DNA of 64,000 bases from Actinomycetota bacterium (GTDB lineage Bacteria > Actinomycetota > UBA4738 > HRBIN12): assembly GCA_035512775.1 (NCBI GenBank), contig DATKDI010000024.1:18077-82076 (forward strand). The letters run 5' to 3'. Positions 45,293 through 55,656 of this stretch are shown one piece after another. A model generated the notes under the pieces. It was given only the letters and a program-made list of their open reading frames with translations. It had not been told where the DNA came from and made no database searches. Every line of letters starts with the position of its first letter. Positions within the stretch are counted from its first letter, which is position 1. The position numbers and the translations under genes were made by a program.

Positions 45293-46417
45293 GTGTTAGC
45301 TTGTCGATCGGTACTTCGCGAACCCAACGGGCCGCCATGGCAGGCTGTCGTGGTGACCACCTGGCACGTTCGAGCGGTACGACTCCCGGACGGTCAGACC
45401 GTCGAAGACTCTTGGCTCACCGTCGGCGGATGGAGCGACCAGCCCGGTCCGGGGGCCGAGGAACTGCCTGGGCGATTCGCGCTGCCAGGCTTCGTGGATG
45501 CCCATAGCCACGTGAGCTTCGGAGACGGCGGCGACGGACCCGTGCCATCGGATCGCGACGGAGCGGAGGCGAACCTCGAGCGATACGCGCGCGCCGGCGT
45601 CGCGGTGATCCGCGACGCCGGCGGCGATCCGAACGTCGTCCTGCGGCTGCCGCACGCGGCCGGCCGCCCCCACGTGGTCGCGGCAGGCCGCCATCTCGCT
45701 CCCACCGGGTACTACTTCGAGGCGGTCCACGACCCCGTCGAAGCCTCCGACCTCGTCGAGGTCGCGCTGCGCGAGCTCGACGCCGGCGCTCGATGGGTCA
45801 AGCTTGTCGCGGACTTCACGTCCCCCGCTGCGCGCGCGGCATCGGGGTCGGCCGTGTCCGAGCCGACCTACGAGAACGGTGTCGTGCGGGACTTGATCAC
45901 TGCGACGCACGACGCGGGGGGCCGCGTCGCCGCGCACGTGACGACGGAGCTCGTCGCCGATCTCGTGGCGCTGGGCATCGATTCCGTCGAACACGGGACC
46001 GCTCTGAACGAGGACACGGTGACCGAGATGGCTCGACGTGGCACGGCGTGGACGCCCACACTGTGCGCCACGCTGTCGATCGCGGACGATGCGCCCGAGG
46101 AACGCAGGCGGCGCGTGGCCGATCGCCGTGATCGCTTCCGCGAGCTGCTCCCGATGGCCGTCCGCCTGGGTGTGCCGGTGCTCACCGGAAGCGACGTGGT
46201 CGGCTCGATCCCACGCGAGATCGCACTCCTCGTCGAGTGCGGTCTCGATCCCGTCGACGCGCTCCGCGCCTCGACCGACACGGCCACGCGGTTCCTCGGC
46301 GCCGACGCCGCCGACGTACCGCCTTCGGTCGTGACCTTCGATGAGGATCCGCGTGAGGATCCGGGCGCGCTCACGTGGCCGGCAGCGATCGTGATCGGCG
46401 GCGTCCGCGTCGGCTGA
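45293..46417 (+). CDS. Amidohydrolase-superfamily metal-dependent hydrolase.
   Basis: PGFVDAHSHV metal-binding motif and C-terminal TGSDV. The GTG start is tentative. Confidence 0.65.
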   Translation: MLACRSVLREPNGPPWQAVVVTTWHVRAVRLPDGQTVEDSWLTVGGWSDQPGPGAEELPGRFALPGFVDAHSHVSFGDGGDGPVPSDRDGAEANLERYARAGVAVIRDAGGDPNVVLRLPHAAGRPHVVAAGRHLAPTGYYFEAVHDPVEASDLVEVALRELDAGARWVKLVADFTSPAARAASGSAVSEPTYENGVVRDLITATHDAGGRVAAHVTTELVADLVALGIDSVEHGTALNEDTVTEMARRGTAWTPTLCATLSIADDAPEERRRRVADRRDRFRELLPMAVRLGVPVLTGSDVVGSIPREIALLVECGLDPVDALRASTDTATRFLGADAADVPPSVVTFDEDPREDPGALTWPAAIVIGGVRVG

Positions 46418-46426
46418 CGCGATCAC

Positions 46427-47206
46427 CTACGTCGGCTCGGCTGGCTCGCGGCTCTCGAACGTGAGCGAGTAGACCTCCTGGCCCTTCGGGTACTCCTTGG
46501 TCGGACGGCTCTCCCGGGTGGCGGTCATGCCCAGCGCTTCATAGATCCCGTCCTGCTCGTCGTGGAGATGTTCGCCCAGATAGACGTTCGCGAAGATCTC
46601 TTGCGGCCGCGTCGCCGCGTTCACCATCCGCACGGCGCCCACGACGGGCGGTCCCACCACCGTGAGCTCCCCAGCGATCTCCACGAGGAACCCGGGGCCG
46701 GCATCGAGGCCGATCGAAAGACCGACGCCGTCGGAGAGGTTCCGCGAATTCCGGCGGAAGTCCTCGAGTACGCGTCGATGGAAGAGCTCGATCAGCTCGT
46801 GCGCGGTGTGCGCGAGGTTGCCCGCCGCCTCCACGAATCGCCGCTGGTACTCCTCCTTCGGCGTCGAGGGCGCGATCCAGTACGCGAGGAACCCGTCGCC
46901 GGTGAACTTGTCGAACCAACCGCCCGGCGTCCCGATCCCGCTCCGAACGGCGGAGACGAACTTGTCCATGATCTTCGCGAACTGCTCGAACCGAACGGCT
47001 TCCTTCATCAGCAACGTGGACTCGCGGATGTCCGCGGCCATCACGAACACCTGCAGCGGCGTCGTGTCGATGATCGCGTCCAGCAGTTCATCCCGCTGGA
47101 AGCGTTCCTCCCAGTCCGGCGGCGCATGGGACTCGAGGAGACCGGCGATCCGCGCTCGTTCCTCGTCGCGGTTCGGTTCCGGCTCGGTCGCCTCTTCGTC
47201 GGCCAT
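46427..47206 (-). CDS. Adenylate/guanylate-cyclase-like (CHD-like) domain protein.
   Basis: VFVMAADIRESTLLMK...FTGDGFLAYW...VVGPPVVGAVRM resemble CHD motifs. The catalytic competence is unclear. Confidence 0.5.
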   Translation of the reverse strand: MADEEATEPEPNRDEERARIAGLLESHAPPDWEERFQRDELLDAIIDTTPLQVFVMAADIRESTLLMKEAVRFEQFAKIMDKFVSAVRSGIGTPGGWFDKFTGDGFLAYWIAPSTPKEEYQRRFVEAAGNLAHTAHELIELFHRRVLEDFRRNSRNLSDGVGLSIGLDAGPGFLVEIAGELTVVGPPVVGAVRMVNAATRPQEIFANVYLGEHLHDEQDGIYEALGMTATRESRPTKEYPKGQEVYSLTFESREPAEPT

Positions 47207-47236
47207 GCCGAAGGAGCCTAGCCGTGAGCTCCCGGA

Positions 47237-47667
47237 TCAGCGAGGGCGGCCCTCCCGCAACGCGGCGACCGACTTCGCGATGCGCCGCTGACGGGTCTCG
47301 TCGGTCTTGGCGCCCTCGATCGAGGACACGTGCCATCCCTTGTTGCTGTTGGACAACGCGTCGAACGTCTTCTTCGCCTTCGCGTCCTTCTTGAGCGCCG
47401 CGGCGAAGTCCCTCGGCAGGGTGACCACGCGCGGCGCCGTGTCGAGCTCGAGGTCGACGTCGATCACGTCGCCGGCCGGCGACCTTGGCGCTCACACGGT
47501 TCTCGGCACTCACGCCAACCATGAACCGCCCATCCATCGAGGCGATCGTGTTCCGATACGTGAAACCGTTGATCGTGACGCGGACTGGGGAGCGCTTCCC
47601 GGCGCCGAGTCCCTCCACGACGGTGGATGGGACCTCGAAGCCGGTCGCGGTCTTGCCGGCTTGCTCA
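47237..47667 (-). pseudogene. DUF1905/YdeI-OmpD-associated family protein with a +1 frameshift.
   Basis: The GTG start overlaps the upstream hydrolase stop (gcGTGAgg). MRFRTTLEQAGKTATGFEVPSTVVEGLGAGKRSPVRVTINGFTYRNTIASMDGRFMVGVSAENRVSAKVAG, then DVIDVDLELDTAPRVV... in another frame. An extra C sits in gccggCcggcga at about 47478. Confidence 0.5.
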
Positions 47668-47683
47668 AGCGTGGTGCGGAACC

Positions 47684-48469
47684 TCACGCGAGCGCCCTCT
47701 CGAAGAACTCCTTCAGTGCCGGCGCCAGGTCGGTCGGGTCCACGTTGTGCCCCTGTCCGTCGAGGAACTTCACCTGACCGTCCGGAAGCGCATCCGCGAG
47801 CGCCTGCGCGGTCTCCCGCATGAACGGCATGTCGGCTCCACCCGCGATGACGATGGTAGGGATCTTCACGGCCGAGGCCTCGTCGGTCGGCAGCGAATAG
47901 TCGCCCATGATCCTCGCGTCGTACGCGAGCGTGTGGGCGAGCGCCTGCTGCGACGGCCACCACGGCTCGTTCCGCGCCTGCGCGGCGAACTCGGGCGGCA
48001 TGCCCACGACCTTCGTCATGAAGTACTCCGCGGCGTCCCCTCGACGCCCCTCGGCGACCATCGTTTCGTACTGCTCCACCTGGTCCTTGGGCGGCCGGGC
48101 TTCCTCGTCCAGGATGTACGGCGGCTCCCAGAGCGCGAGCTTCGTGACCGGGAGCCCGGCCGCCGCCGCCTGAAGGGCTAGGGCCGCGCCCGAGGAGGTG
48201 CCGAAGAGGTTGGCCGAGCCACCGGCGGCCTCGAGCACCGCCTCGATGTTCTCGATCTCGCGCTCGATCGCGTACGGAGGTGTGTCGCCGCTGGGGCCGC
48301 GGCCGCGACGGTCGTAGTTGAGGACCGTGAAGTCGGACGCGAGCTCCTGTGCGAGCGGTGCGTTCGACATGCGATCCACCGAGCCCCCGGTCACCAGGAT
48401 GACCGGCGGTCCCTCGCCCATCCGATCGAACGCGATCGCGGTGCCATCTCTCGACGTGACGGTTTCCAT
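47684..48469 (-). CDS. Alpha/beta hydrolase.
   Basis: Nucleophile elbow GTSSG. A strong RBS GAGGAGG lies 9 nt before METVTSRDG. Confidence 0.75.
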   Translation of the reverse strand: METVTSRDGTAIAFDRMGEGPPVILVTGGSVDRMSNAPLAQELASDFTVLNYDRRGRGPSGDTPPYAIEREIENIEAVLEAAGGSANLFGTSSGAALALQAAAAGLPVTKLALWEPPYILDEEARPPKDQVEQYETMVAEGRRGDAAEYFMTKVVGMPPEFAAQARNEPWWPSQQALAHTLAYDARIMGDYSLPTDEASAVKIPTIVIAGGADMPFMRETAQALADALPDGQVKFLDGQGHNVDPTDLAPALKEFFERALA

Positions 48470-48495
48470 CTCGACATCCCCTCCTCGATCCGTGA

Positions 48496-49248
48496 CTACG
48501 AGAACAGCTTCGTGAGCCACGAGTCCCAGGCTTCCTCGGTCTCCTTCTGGTCCAGCCCCTCGTTGAAGATGTGGTGACCGACGCCGACGGGACCACCGAA
48601 CACGCTGATGTGCATGAAGCGGTAGATCCCGTCGTCGGTGCGAACACCGAGGAAGTCCCGGGAGAGCCAGTCCACCTCACCCTCGAGCTGCGGCAGCCCT
48701 TCGGGCGTGAGCTTGACCCGGTCGCCGAGCTGGGGCGGACCCGCGAGCCCGAGTCCCCGATAGAACGTCGCCCACGCCTCGTCGCGATCCGGGACCACAG
48801 GGCCACCGAACACGTCCACCGATGTCGCTTTGCGGCCGCGGAAGTACGTGAGGTAGATGCGCAGCTTGTCGAAGTACATCGGGTCGCCCTCGGACAAGCC
48901 CTCGTACTCCTTCTCCCAGTTGTCACCGAGGAATCCGCTGTGGACCCAGCGAACGACGGTGCTGCCCTTGTCCCGCCCCTCGACGAGGTACTCGAACGCG
49001 TGGAGCGCGCCGTCCTCACCCTCCGGCGAGCGACTCGCGAACCGTGTCGGCGGCTCCCACGCCGTCACCGTGGCCTCCTCCGCGGAGCCGCGGAGCATCA
49101 TCCGGGTCGCGCCGCCCTCCCGAGGCTCGATCTCGTTCACGCCCATGAACCAGGCGTCGACCCCGGGTCCGGTGGCGATCGCGTCCCACACCTCCTCGGG
49201 AGTGGCGTCGACCTGGAACTCGTCGGTCACCTCGAACGGGTGCGGCAT
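48496..49248 (-). CDS. SRPBCC/AHSA1-like (activator-of-Hsp90-ATPase homologue fold) protein.
   Basis: 250 aa, duplicated AHSA1-like architecture. Confidence 0.6.
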   Translation of the reverse strand: MPHPFEVTDEFQVDATPEEVWDAIATGPGVDAWFMGVNEIEPREGGATRMMLRGSAEEATVTAWEPPTRFASRSPEGEDGALHAFEYLVEGRDKGSTVVRWVHSGFLGDNWEKEYEGLSEGDPMYFDKLRIYLTYFRGRKATSVDVFGGPVVPDRDEAWATFYRGLGLAGPPQLGDRVKLTPEGLPQLEGEVDWLSRDFLGVRTDDGIYRFMHISVFGGPVGVGHHIFNEGLDQKETEEAWDSWLTKLFS

Positions 49249-49249
49249 C

Positions 49250-49870
49250 TCAGGACTCCTCTCTCGTGTCGTGTCCGTCGGTCTCGAGATCTGTCTTCAG
49301 GGTCGGATGTACAGCGACGATCACACGGTGGTCGCGTCCGCCTTTGGCCGACTCGTCGTGGTACTTCCCGACGAGTCTGGTCACCGCGCTCGCCAGCTCT
49401 TCGGCGAACGCGGCCCGATCGGCCGCCGAGGCGAACCGGATCTCGCCGTCCATCGCGAACGTCGCCAGCCGTTTCCGGGCTTTGGAGGCGCCGGCGACGA
49501 GCTCGCCCATCTCCCGGACGAGCCGCGAGGCGACCGCGATCAGCCAGCGAGCGGACAGCCGGTCCGGCGCGCGGGAGGGGTCGGGCTGCACGGCGGCGAG
49601 CGCCGCCGGAGAGATCACGTACGAGGCGGCTGTCGCGGCGAACAGCCGCTCGGTCATGTTGCCCTTGCGGCGCTCCTCGACGAGCTCGATCAGCCCGTGC
49701 TGCTCGAGCGACTTCAGGTGGTAGTTCACCTTCTGCCTCGCGAGTCCGACCCTTCCGGCCAGCATCGTCGCCGACGCGGGCTCGGTCAGCTCGGCGAGCA
49801 GCCGGCTCCGCAGCGGATCCAGCGACACCTCGGCCGCGGCAGGATCCTCGATCACCGCCACCTCCAACAT
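49250..49870 (-). CDS. ArsR-type winged-helix transcriptional regulator.
   Basis: ATMLAGRVGLARQKVNYHLKSLEQHGLIELVE. Confidence 0.7.
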   Translation of the reverse strand: MLEVAVIEDPAAAEVSLDPLRSRLLAELTEPASATMLAGRVGLARQKVNYHLKSLEQHGLIELVEERRKGNMTERLFAATAASYVISPAALAAVQPDPSRAPDRLSARWLIAVASRLVREMGELVAGASKARKRLATFAMDGEIRFASAADRAAFAEELASAVTRLVGKYHDESAKGGRDHRVIVAVHPTLKTDLETDGHDTREES

Positions 49871-49988
49871 GGCGCCAGTTTGCCACCGACAACTTTTCTT
49901 GTCAAGATATGAGTCGTCAGCGAGAGGCTCGATCGATAGGCCCACCAGCCGCGCGAGATGTCAGGCAACCTATAGAAGGAGCGCTCCG

Positions 49989-51375
49989 ATGAAGACCTCG
50001 TCCCCCCTTTCGATCCCGAAGCTCCGCGAAGACCTGACCGGGCGCGTGATCGCGCCGGACGACGCCGACTATGACGAGGCTCGCACCGTCTTCGTCGGCG
50101 GGATCGACCGCCGTCCGGCCGTCATCGCCCGCGTCGCGAACGCGACCGACGTCTCTCGTGTCGTGTCACTCGCGCGCGAGACGGGGCTGGAACTCGCGGT
50201 GCGAAGTGGCGGGCACAGCGGCGTGGGTCATTGCGTCTCCGAAGGCGGGATCGTCCTCGACCTGACCGAGATGAAGGCGTTGGACATCGATGTCGAAGGA
50301 CGCACCGCGTGGGCCGAAACAGGGCTGACCGCCGTCGAGTACTCGACCGCGGCAGCCATCCACGGTCTCGCCACCGGGTTCGGCGACACCGGCTCGGTCG
50401 GGATCAGCGGGATCACGCTCGGCGGCGGCGTGGGGTTCCTGGTTCGCAAGTACGGCCTCACGATCGACGACCTCCTCGCCGCGGAGATCGTCACCGAGGA
50501 CGGCGCGGTCCTCCAGGTCGACGCCGACACCGAGCCGGATCTCTTCTGGGCGATCCGGGGAGGAGGCGGCAACTTCGGCGTCGCGACGCGCTTCCGGTTC
50601 CGGCTGCACGAGGTCGAGACGATCGTGGGCGGGATGCTGTTCCTGCCGGCGACGCCGGAGGTCGTCGCCTCCTTCATCGCCGCGGCAGAGACCGCGCCGG
50701 AAGAACTGTCGACGATCGCCCACGTTCGCCCACGTGATGCCCGCGCCGCCGATGCCGCTCGTGCCAGAGGAACAGCACGGCAAGCTCGTGGTCTTCGCGC
50801 TGATGGCGTACGCCGGTGCACCGGAGGAGGGCGAGCGAGCTCTCGCTCCGTTCCGCGCGCTCGCGGAGCCGATCGCCGACATGGTCCGGCCGATCCCCTA
50901 TCCGGAGATCTGCATGCCGAACGAGGAGGACTACCACCCCGTCGCGGCCGGGCTGACCATGTTCGTCGACGCCGTCGGCCCCGGTACGGCGGGGACGATC
51001 CTCGACCATCTCGAGACCTCGAACGCGTCGATGCGGGTGGCGCAGCTCCGAGTGCTCGGTGGCGCGATGGGTCGGGTGCCCGTCGAGGCGACCGCGTTCG
51101 CTCACCGCAAGAGCCGGATCATGGTGAACCTGGCCGCGCTGTACGAGGATCCCGAGGAAGCGGCGACGCACCAGGCGTGGGTTACCGGTTTCGCCGGAGC
51201 GCTACGCCAAGGTGACAAGGGGGCGTATGTCAACTTCCTCGGTGACGAGGGCGAGGCGCGCGTCCGCGACGCCTACCCAGGACCGACGTGGGACCGCCTC
51301 AGCGAGATCAAGGGGACGTACGACCCCGACAACCTCTTCCGCCTCAACCAGAACATCCCACCGGCGGGTTCGTAA
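49989..51375 (+). pseudogene. FAD-linked oxidase (PCMH-type FAD-binding domain plus BBE C-terminal domain) disrupted by a perfect 10-bp tandem duplication.
   Basis: N-terminus VVSLARETGLELAVRSGGHSGVGHCV..., C-terminus ...YVNFLGDE...GTYDPDNLFRLNQNIPP. The frames are joined by removing one tcgcccacgt from the tandem copies at 50714-50733. Confidence 0.65.
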
Positions 51376-51388
51376 AGCGGCCTGCTCT

Positions 51389-51895
51389 TCAGGAGGGCTC
51401 CTCGGTGAGCTGGTCCGCGAGCAGCTCCATCAGGAGGCCGTCGTGCCAGGTGCCGTCCGGACCTCGTTCGTACGACCGCATGACGCCGACGGCGCGGAAG
51501 CCCACCTTCTCGTAGGCGCGGATCGCGGCCGCGTTGTCGGCGGCCGGGTCGATCGTCAGGCGATGATGACCTCGCTCCTCGATCAGATATCGGGCGAGGA
51601 CCCGGACCGCCTCGCTGCCGAAACCCTGGGCGTGCTGCGACGTCGTCAGGAAGATGTCGATCCCGGCGCGGCGGTACATCGGGTCGGTCTCCTCGTCGTA
51701 CTGGATCGCCCCGATGATCTCGCCGTCGGTTTCGATCACGAAAGTATTCTCGTCCTGCAGGAACTCCTCGAGCTCGCCTCCCTCGAGAACACCCCATCGA
51801 GTCTCCACCTCGGGCTCGTACCGGATCGAGGCAACCTGCGCCATGTCCTCGAGGGTGGAGTTCCGAAGAGTCGCTCGACGGCCGGTGAGTCGCAC
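51389..51895 (-). CDS. GNAT-family N-acetyltransferase.
   Basis: ...GIDIFLTTSQHAQGFGSEAVRVLARYL..., an acetyl-CoA binding region. 168 aa. Confidence 0.7.
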   Translation of the reverse strand: MRLTGRRATLRNSTLEDMAQVASIRYEPEVETRWGVLEGGELEEFLQDENTFVIETDGEIIGAIQYDEETDPMYRRAGIDIFLTTSQHAQGFGSEAVRVLARYLIEERGHHRLTIDPAADNAAAIRAYEKVGFRAVGVMRSYERGPDGTWHDGLLMELLADQLTEEPS

Positions 51896-51899
51896 GACG

Positions 51900-52040
51900 C
51901 TAGGGCCTGATGTTCTGATTCAGACGGAAGACGTTTTCGGGGTCGTACATCCGCTTCAGCCCGACCAGTCTGTCGTACTTCGCGTCTCCGGAGATCGAGC
52001 GCACGACGTCGTCTCCGGACTCGACCATGTCGTTCACGTG
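51900..52040 (-). pseudogene. C-terminal remnant of a second BBE-type FAD-linked oxidase.
   Basis: ...DAKYDRLVGLKRMYDPENVFRLNQNIRP* matches the BBE-domain C-terminus. No upstream remainder is present. Confidence 0.45.
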
Positions 52041-52290
52041 ATGACCCTCGGCGGTGAACGGGGCAAGCGCATCCATCGTATCGTGAGGTTCCCCGATTCC
52101 GCGCCCGAGTCGTCCGGATCCGGCCGAGCCGGATCGTGAGCTGGGGCATCGAGCGAACCGCCACGGCGGCCAGGGCGACGGGAAACGGGATCGAGCACAA
52201 CGCTCGCGACGTGGACTGACCTGCGCCTTTGCCAAGAAGGGACGGTGCCCGCAAGAATCCTCAAGTCCCCACCCTCGAAGGAGGAGCATC

Positions 52291-55200
52291 GTGCGTCTCC
52301 GCCGTTCATTCGCGCTCGTGACGGGTCTGTCCCTCGTGCTGATGATGCAGGGAGGCATCGGACGGTCGGCCCCGCAGGCCCCGGGAGCGAGCGATCGTTC
52401 CCAGCGGGTCGCCGAGACCACGTTGCCCGATGGCTTCGTTCCGGCTGCGATCCGAGCCAAGCAGCTCGGGCGCTACTTCGTCGAGATGAAGGCTCCCGCC
52501 GTGGCCGATGCGATTCTCAGTCGCGGAACAGCGGCCTCCGACCAGACGAGCGCGCCGCAGCAACAAGCGGCCGCATCGGCAGCGCTCCGAGCGCAGGAAG
52601 CCGCGATCGCCCAGGCCAGGTCCCTCGGGGGACAGGTCACGTTCCGTTACAAGATCCTGGTGAACGCGTTCTCCGCACGCCTGTCGGCGCAGGCCGCATC
52701 GGCACTCGCCCAGCGCGCGGACGTCCGATCGGTCCAGCCCGTCTCCATCGTGACGAAGTCGCTCTCCACGAGCGTGCCCTTCATCGGCGCTCCGCAGGTG
52801 TGGAGCAACTTCGGGGTGAACGGCAGGGGCATGCGGGTCGCGATCGTCGACACCGGCATCGACTACACGCACGCGTCGTTCGGTGGCGCCGGCACGGTCG
52901 CGGCCTATGAGGCCAACGACCCGACGTTCATCGAACCAGGGACGTTCCCCACCACGAAGGTGATCGGCGGCTTCGACTTCGTCGGCGAGGACTACGACGT
53001 GCTGGACGACGAGACGGGCAACGACATCCCGAGGCCGGACTTCGACCCGCTCGATGAGGACGGCCACGGCACCCACACCGGCAGCACCGTCGCGGGGATC
53101 AACGTCCCCGGTGAGGTCGGGAGAGGCGTCGCCCCGGCGGCGAAGCTGTACGCCTACAAGGTGTGGGACGTCGGCAACTCGACCGACGACGTGCTGGTCG
53201 CCGCCTACGAGCGCGCGGTCGATCCCAACCAGGACGGCGACGTCTCGGACGCGGTGGACGTCCTGTCCTTCTCGGGAGGCGTCACGTACGGCACGCTGAA
53301 CTCGCTCGAGGCGAGGGCGGCGCAACGCGTCGTCGACCTCGGAACGGTGTTCGTGGCCTCCGCCGGGAACTCCGGCAACCAGGCCGCGAACGCCTCCGCC
53401 TACGTCGCCGGGACCCCGGCGACCGCGCGAGGCGTGGTGGCCGTGGCGGCCTCCATCGACCAGTTCCTGGCGCTCGTGCTGACGATCAACACGACGACGG
53501 ATCCGCCCGCACCGGCACTTCCCGACAGCGGGCAGACCGTGCATCAGGCGTGGTCGGCACCCATTCCCTCGGGAGGGTGGACGGACGACCTGTTCGACGG
53601 CCGCGAGGTCGATCCGAACACGGCGGCGCAGTTCTGCAACCCGCTGCCGGCCGACTCGCTCACCGGCCTGACGGTCCTGGTCCGCCGTGGCACGTGTGCC
53701 GGGTCGCTGAAGACGTTCAACGCCGAGACCGCCGGGGCGGACGCGCTGATCATGATCAACAACGTGCCCGGGGCACCCATCGGGCTGGGAAGCGGCGGTG
53801 AGACCGTCACGATCCCGGCGTTCATGATCTCGCAGGCCGACGGGGCCGCGCTCCTCGGGGAGATCAGCCCCAACGCCGGCACCAGCGTCTACAACGAGGT
53901 CACCGTGAACGCGACGATCGGTGACGTCCCGCAACCGGTGCCAGGCTTCGAGGACGCTCTGACCGGCTTCACGTCCGAGGGCCCCGCCCGGCTCACGAAC
54001 GACCTGAAGCCGGACATCTCGGCACCGGGCTTCAACATCGCGGCTGCGGCCGTGGGCACCGGCAACGAGTCGATCGAGTTCTCGGGGACCTCGATGGCCG
54101 CACCCCACGTGTCGGGCGTGGCCACGCTGCTCCGGCAGCTCCACCCGAGCTGGAACCCGGCGCAGATCAAGGCTGTACTGATGAACCAGGCCCAGATCAA
54201 CATGAAGAACGCGGACCAGACCACGCCCGTCTCCGCGACCGCGATGGGAGCCGGGCGGGTCCAGGCGTTCCAGTCGGCCCGGGCCGTGTCGGTGGCCTGG
54301 CCGCCGAGCCTCTCGTTCGGGTTCGCTCCCACGCCGACGACCTGGTCCGACGTGCGGAGCTTCCGGGTGAAGAACTTCGACAACAAGCGGCACGGCTACA
54401 CGGTCACCGCCGCCGACCGCTACTCGGACTTCGATCCGGCCGTGACGTCGCTGGCCGTCTCGCTGAACGGCTCGTCGTTCGGCGCGAGCCGGTCGTTCAA
54501 CCTGAACGGCGGCCAAGCACGGCGGGTGTGGATCCGGCTCACGGTGAACCCGGCCCCGATCTCTGAGCTCGAGCAGGAGTTCGGGTGGTACTACTTCCAC
54601 CCCAACATGGACGGCACCGTCCGGGTCCAGCAGAGCGGGGCCCCGACGGACGTGCTCCGGCTCCCGTGGCACGTGGCGCCGCTCGCGACGTCGGACAACG
54701 GGCTCTCGGAGTCCTCGCTCGACCTCACCGGCGGGCCCGCCACGATGGAGCTGACCGAAGGGACGGCGGCGGGGATCTCCTACGCCGACCTCTACCACCT
54801 CGGGACGACCGACCCGGTCGGGAACCGGACGGAAGGAGACATCGTCGCGGTCGGCGCCCGTTCCTTCACCGGTGCCACGATCGACGGGATCGCCGAAGGG
54901 GTGCCCACCGGCACTGACGAGCTCGCCGGCATCACGTGGCTCCAGTTCCTCACGAGCAACGACGAGCCGACGGAGCCGGTCGAGATCGGCGTGCAGACCT
55001 GGGGCGTGCACAACGTCACGGAGACGCTCGAGGTCGACGTCTTCATCGACGCCGGCGCGGACGGCGTGTTCGCCGACGACGAGCTCCAGGCCGACTACAT
55101 CGCGGTGAAGCTCGCCGCTCCCGGAGGGGAGGTCTGCCTCTTCGACCTCTCCCTAGCGGATCCGTTCGATGACTGCGCCGCCCTGTACTTCCCCGACTAC

Positions 55201-55584
55201 AACAACTACAACGGCAACCTCGTCGGGGTCGTGCTGGATGCCCAGGCGATCGGCCTGGCGGACGGTGCCTCGTCGTTCTCCTACCGGGTCGAGGCGTGCA
55301 CGGGCACGTTCACCGGTGACGTGCCGGGCTTCATCTGCGACTCCGCGGGTGAGTTCGACGACGGCACCGGAACGTGGGACCTCGTGTTCGACGCGGCCGC
55401 CCCGCCCCTCGTGATCGATCCGCTGGTCTGCCAGGGGTTCTGGGACGGAGGTCCGTGCGACGCCGCCGATCCGATCGAGGTGAGCGTCGGATCGGCCGGG
55501 ACCGGCGACAACCCCTCGATCCTGGCCCTGTTCCCGAACGACGCGCCGCATCGCACGGCCACCGTCGTCGAGACGACCACGTAA
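52291..55584 (+). CDS. Secreted S8-family subtilisin-like serine peptidase with PA and C-terminal accessory domains.
   Basis: Signal peptide. Catalytic triad contexts VAIVDTGID, DGHGTHTGSTVAG and GTSMAAPHVSGVATLL. 1097 aa. Confidence 0.85.
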   Translation: MRLRRSFALVTGLSLVLMMQGGIGRSAPQAPGASDRSQRVAETTLPDGFVPAAIRAKQLGRYFVEMKAPAVADAILSRGTAASDQTSAPQQQAAASAALRAQEAAIAQARSLGGQVTFRYKILVNAFSARLSAQAASALAQRADVRSVQPVSIVTKSLSTSVPFIGAPQVWSNFGVNGRGMRVAIVDTGIDYTHASFGGAGTVAAYEANDPTFIEPGTFPTTKVIGGFDFVGEDYDVLDDETGNDIPRPDFDPLDEDGHGTHTGSTVAGINVPGEVGRGVAPAAKLYAYKVWDVGNSTDDVLVAAYERAVDPNQDGDVSDAVDVLSFSGGVTYGTLNSLEARAAQRVVDLGTVFVASAGNSGNQAANASAYVAGTPATARGVVAVAASIDQFLALVLTINTTTDPPAPALPDSGQTVHQAWSAPIPSGGWTDDLFDGREVDPNTAAQFCNPLPADSLTGLTVLVRRGTCAGSLKTFNAETAGADALIMINNVPGAPIGLGSGGETVTIPAFMISQADGAALLGEISPNAGTSVYNEVTVNATIGDVPQPVPGFEDALTGFTSEGPARLTNDLKPDISAPGFNIAAAAVGTGNESIEFSGTSMAAPHVSGVATLLRQLHPSWNPAQIKAVLMNQAQINMKNADQTTPVSATAMGAGRVQAFQSARAVSVAWPPSLSFGFAPTPTTWSDVRSFRVKNFDNKRHGYTVTAADRYSDFDPAVTSLAVSLNGSSFGASRSFNLNGGQARRVWIRLTVNPAPISELEQEFGWYYFHPNMDGTVRVQQSGAPTDVLRLPWHVAPLATSDNGLSESSLDLTGGPATMELTEGTAAGISYADLYHLGTTDPVGNRTEGDIVAVGARSFTGATIDGIAEGVPTGTDELAGITWLQFLTSNDEPTEPVEIGVQTWGVHNVTETLEVDVFIDAGADGVFADDELQADYIAVKLAAPGGEVCLFDLSLADPFDDCAALYFPDYNNYNGNLVGVVLDAQAIGLADGASSFSYRVEACTGTFTGDVPGFICDSAGEFDDGTGTWDLVFDAAAPPLVIDPLVCQGFWDGGPCDAADPIEVSVGSAGTGDNPSILALFPNDAPHRTATVVETTT

Positions 55585-55656
55585 CCGGGAGATCCGTCGG
55601 CGGCCCGGGAACGGCTTCGGCCGTTCCCGGGCCGCCACCCGTGCCTTACATAGCAG

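Noticed and set aside
52306-55011. A 901-aa minus-strand ORF.
   Set aside because: It is entirely antisense to the S8 peptidase gene, whose catalytic motifs are unambiguous. It is a GC-rich frame artefact.
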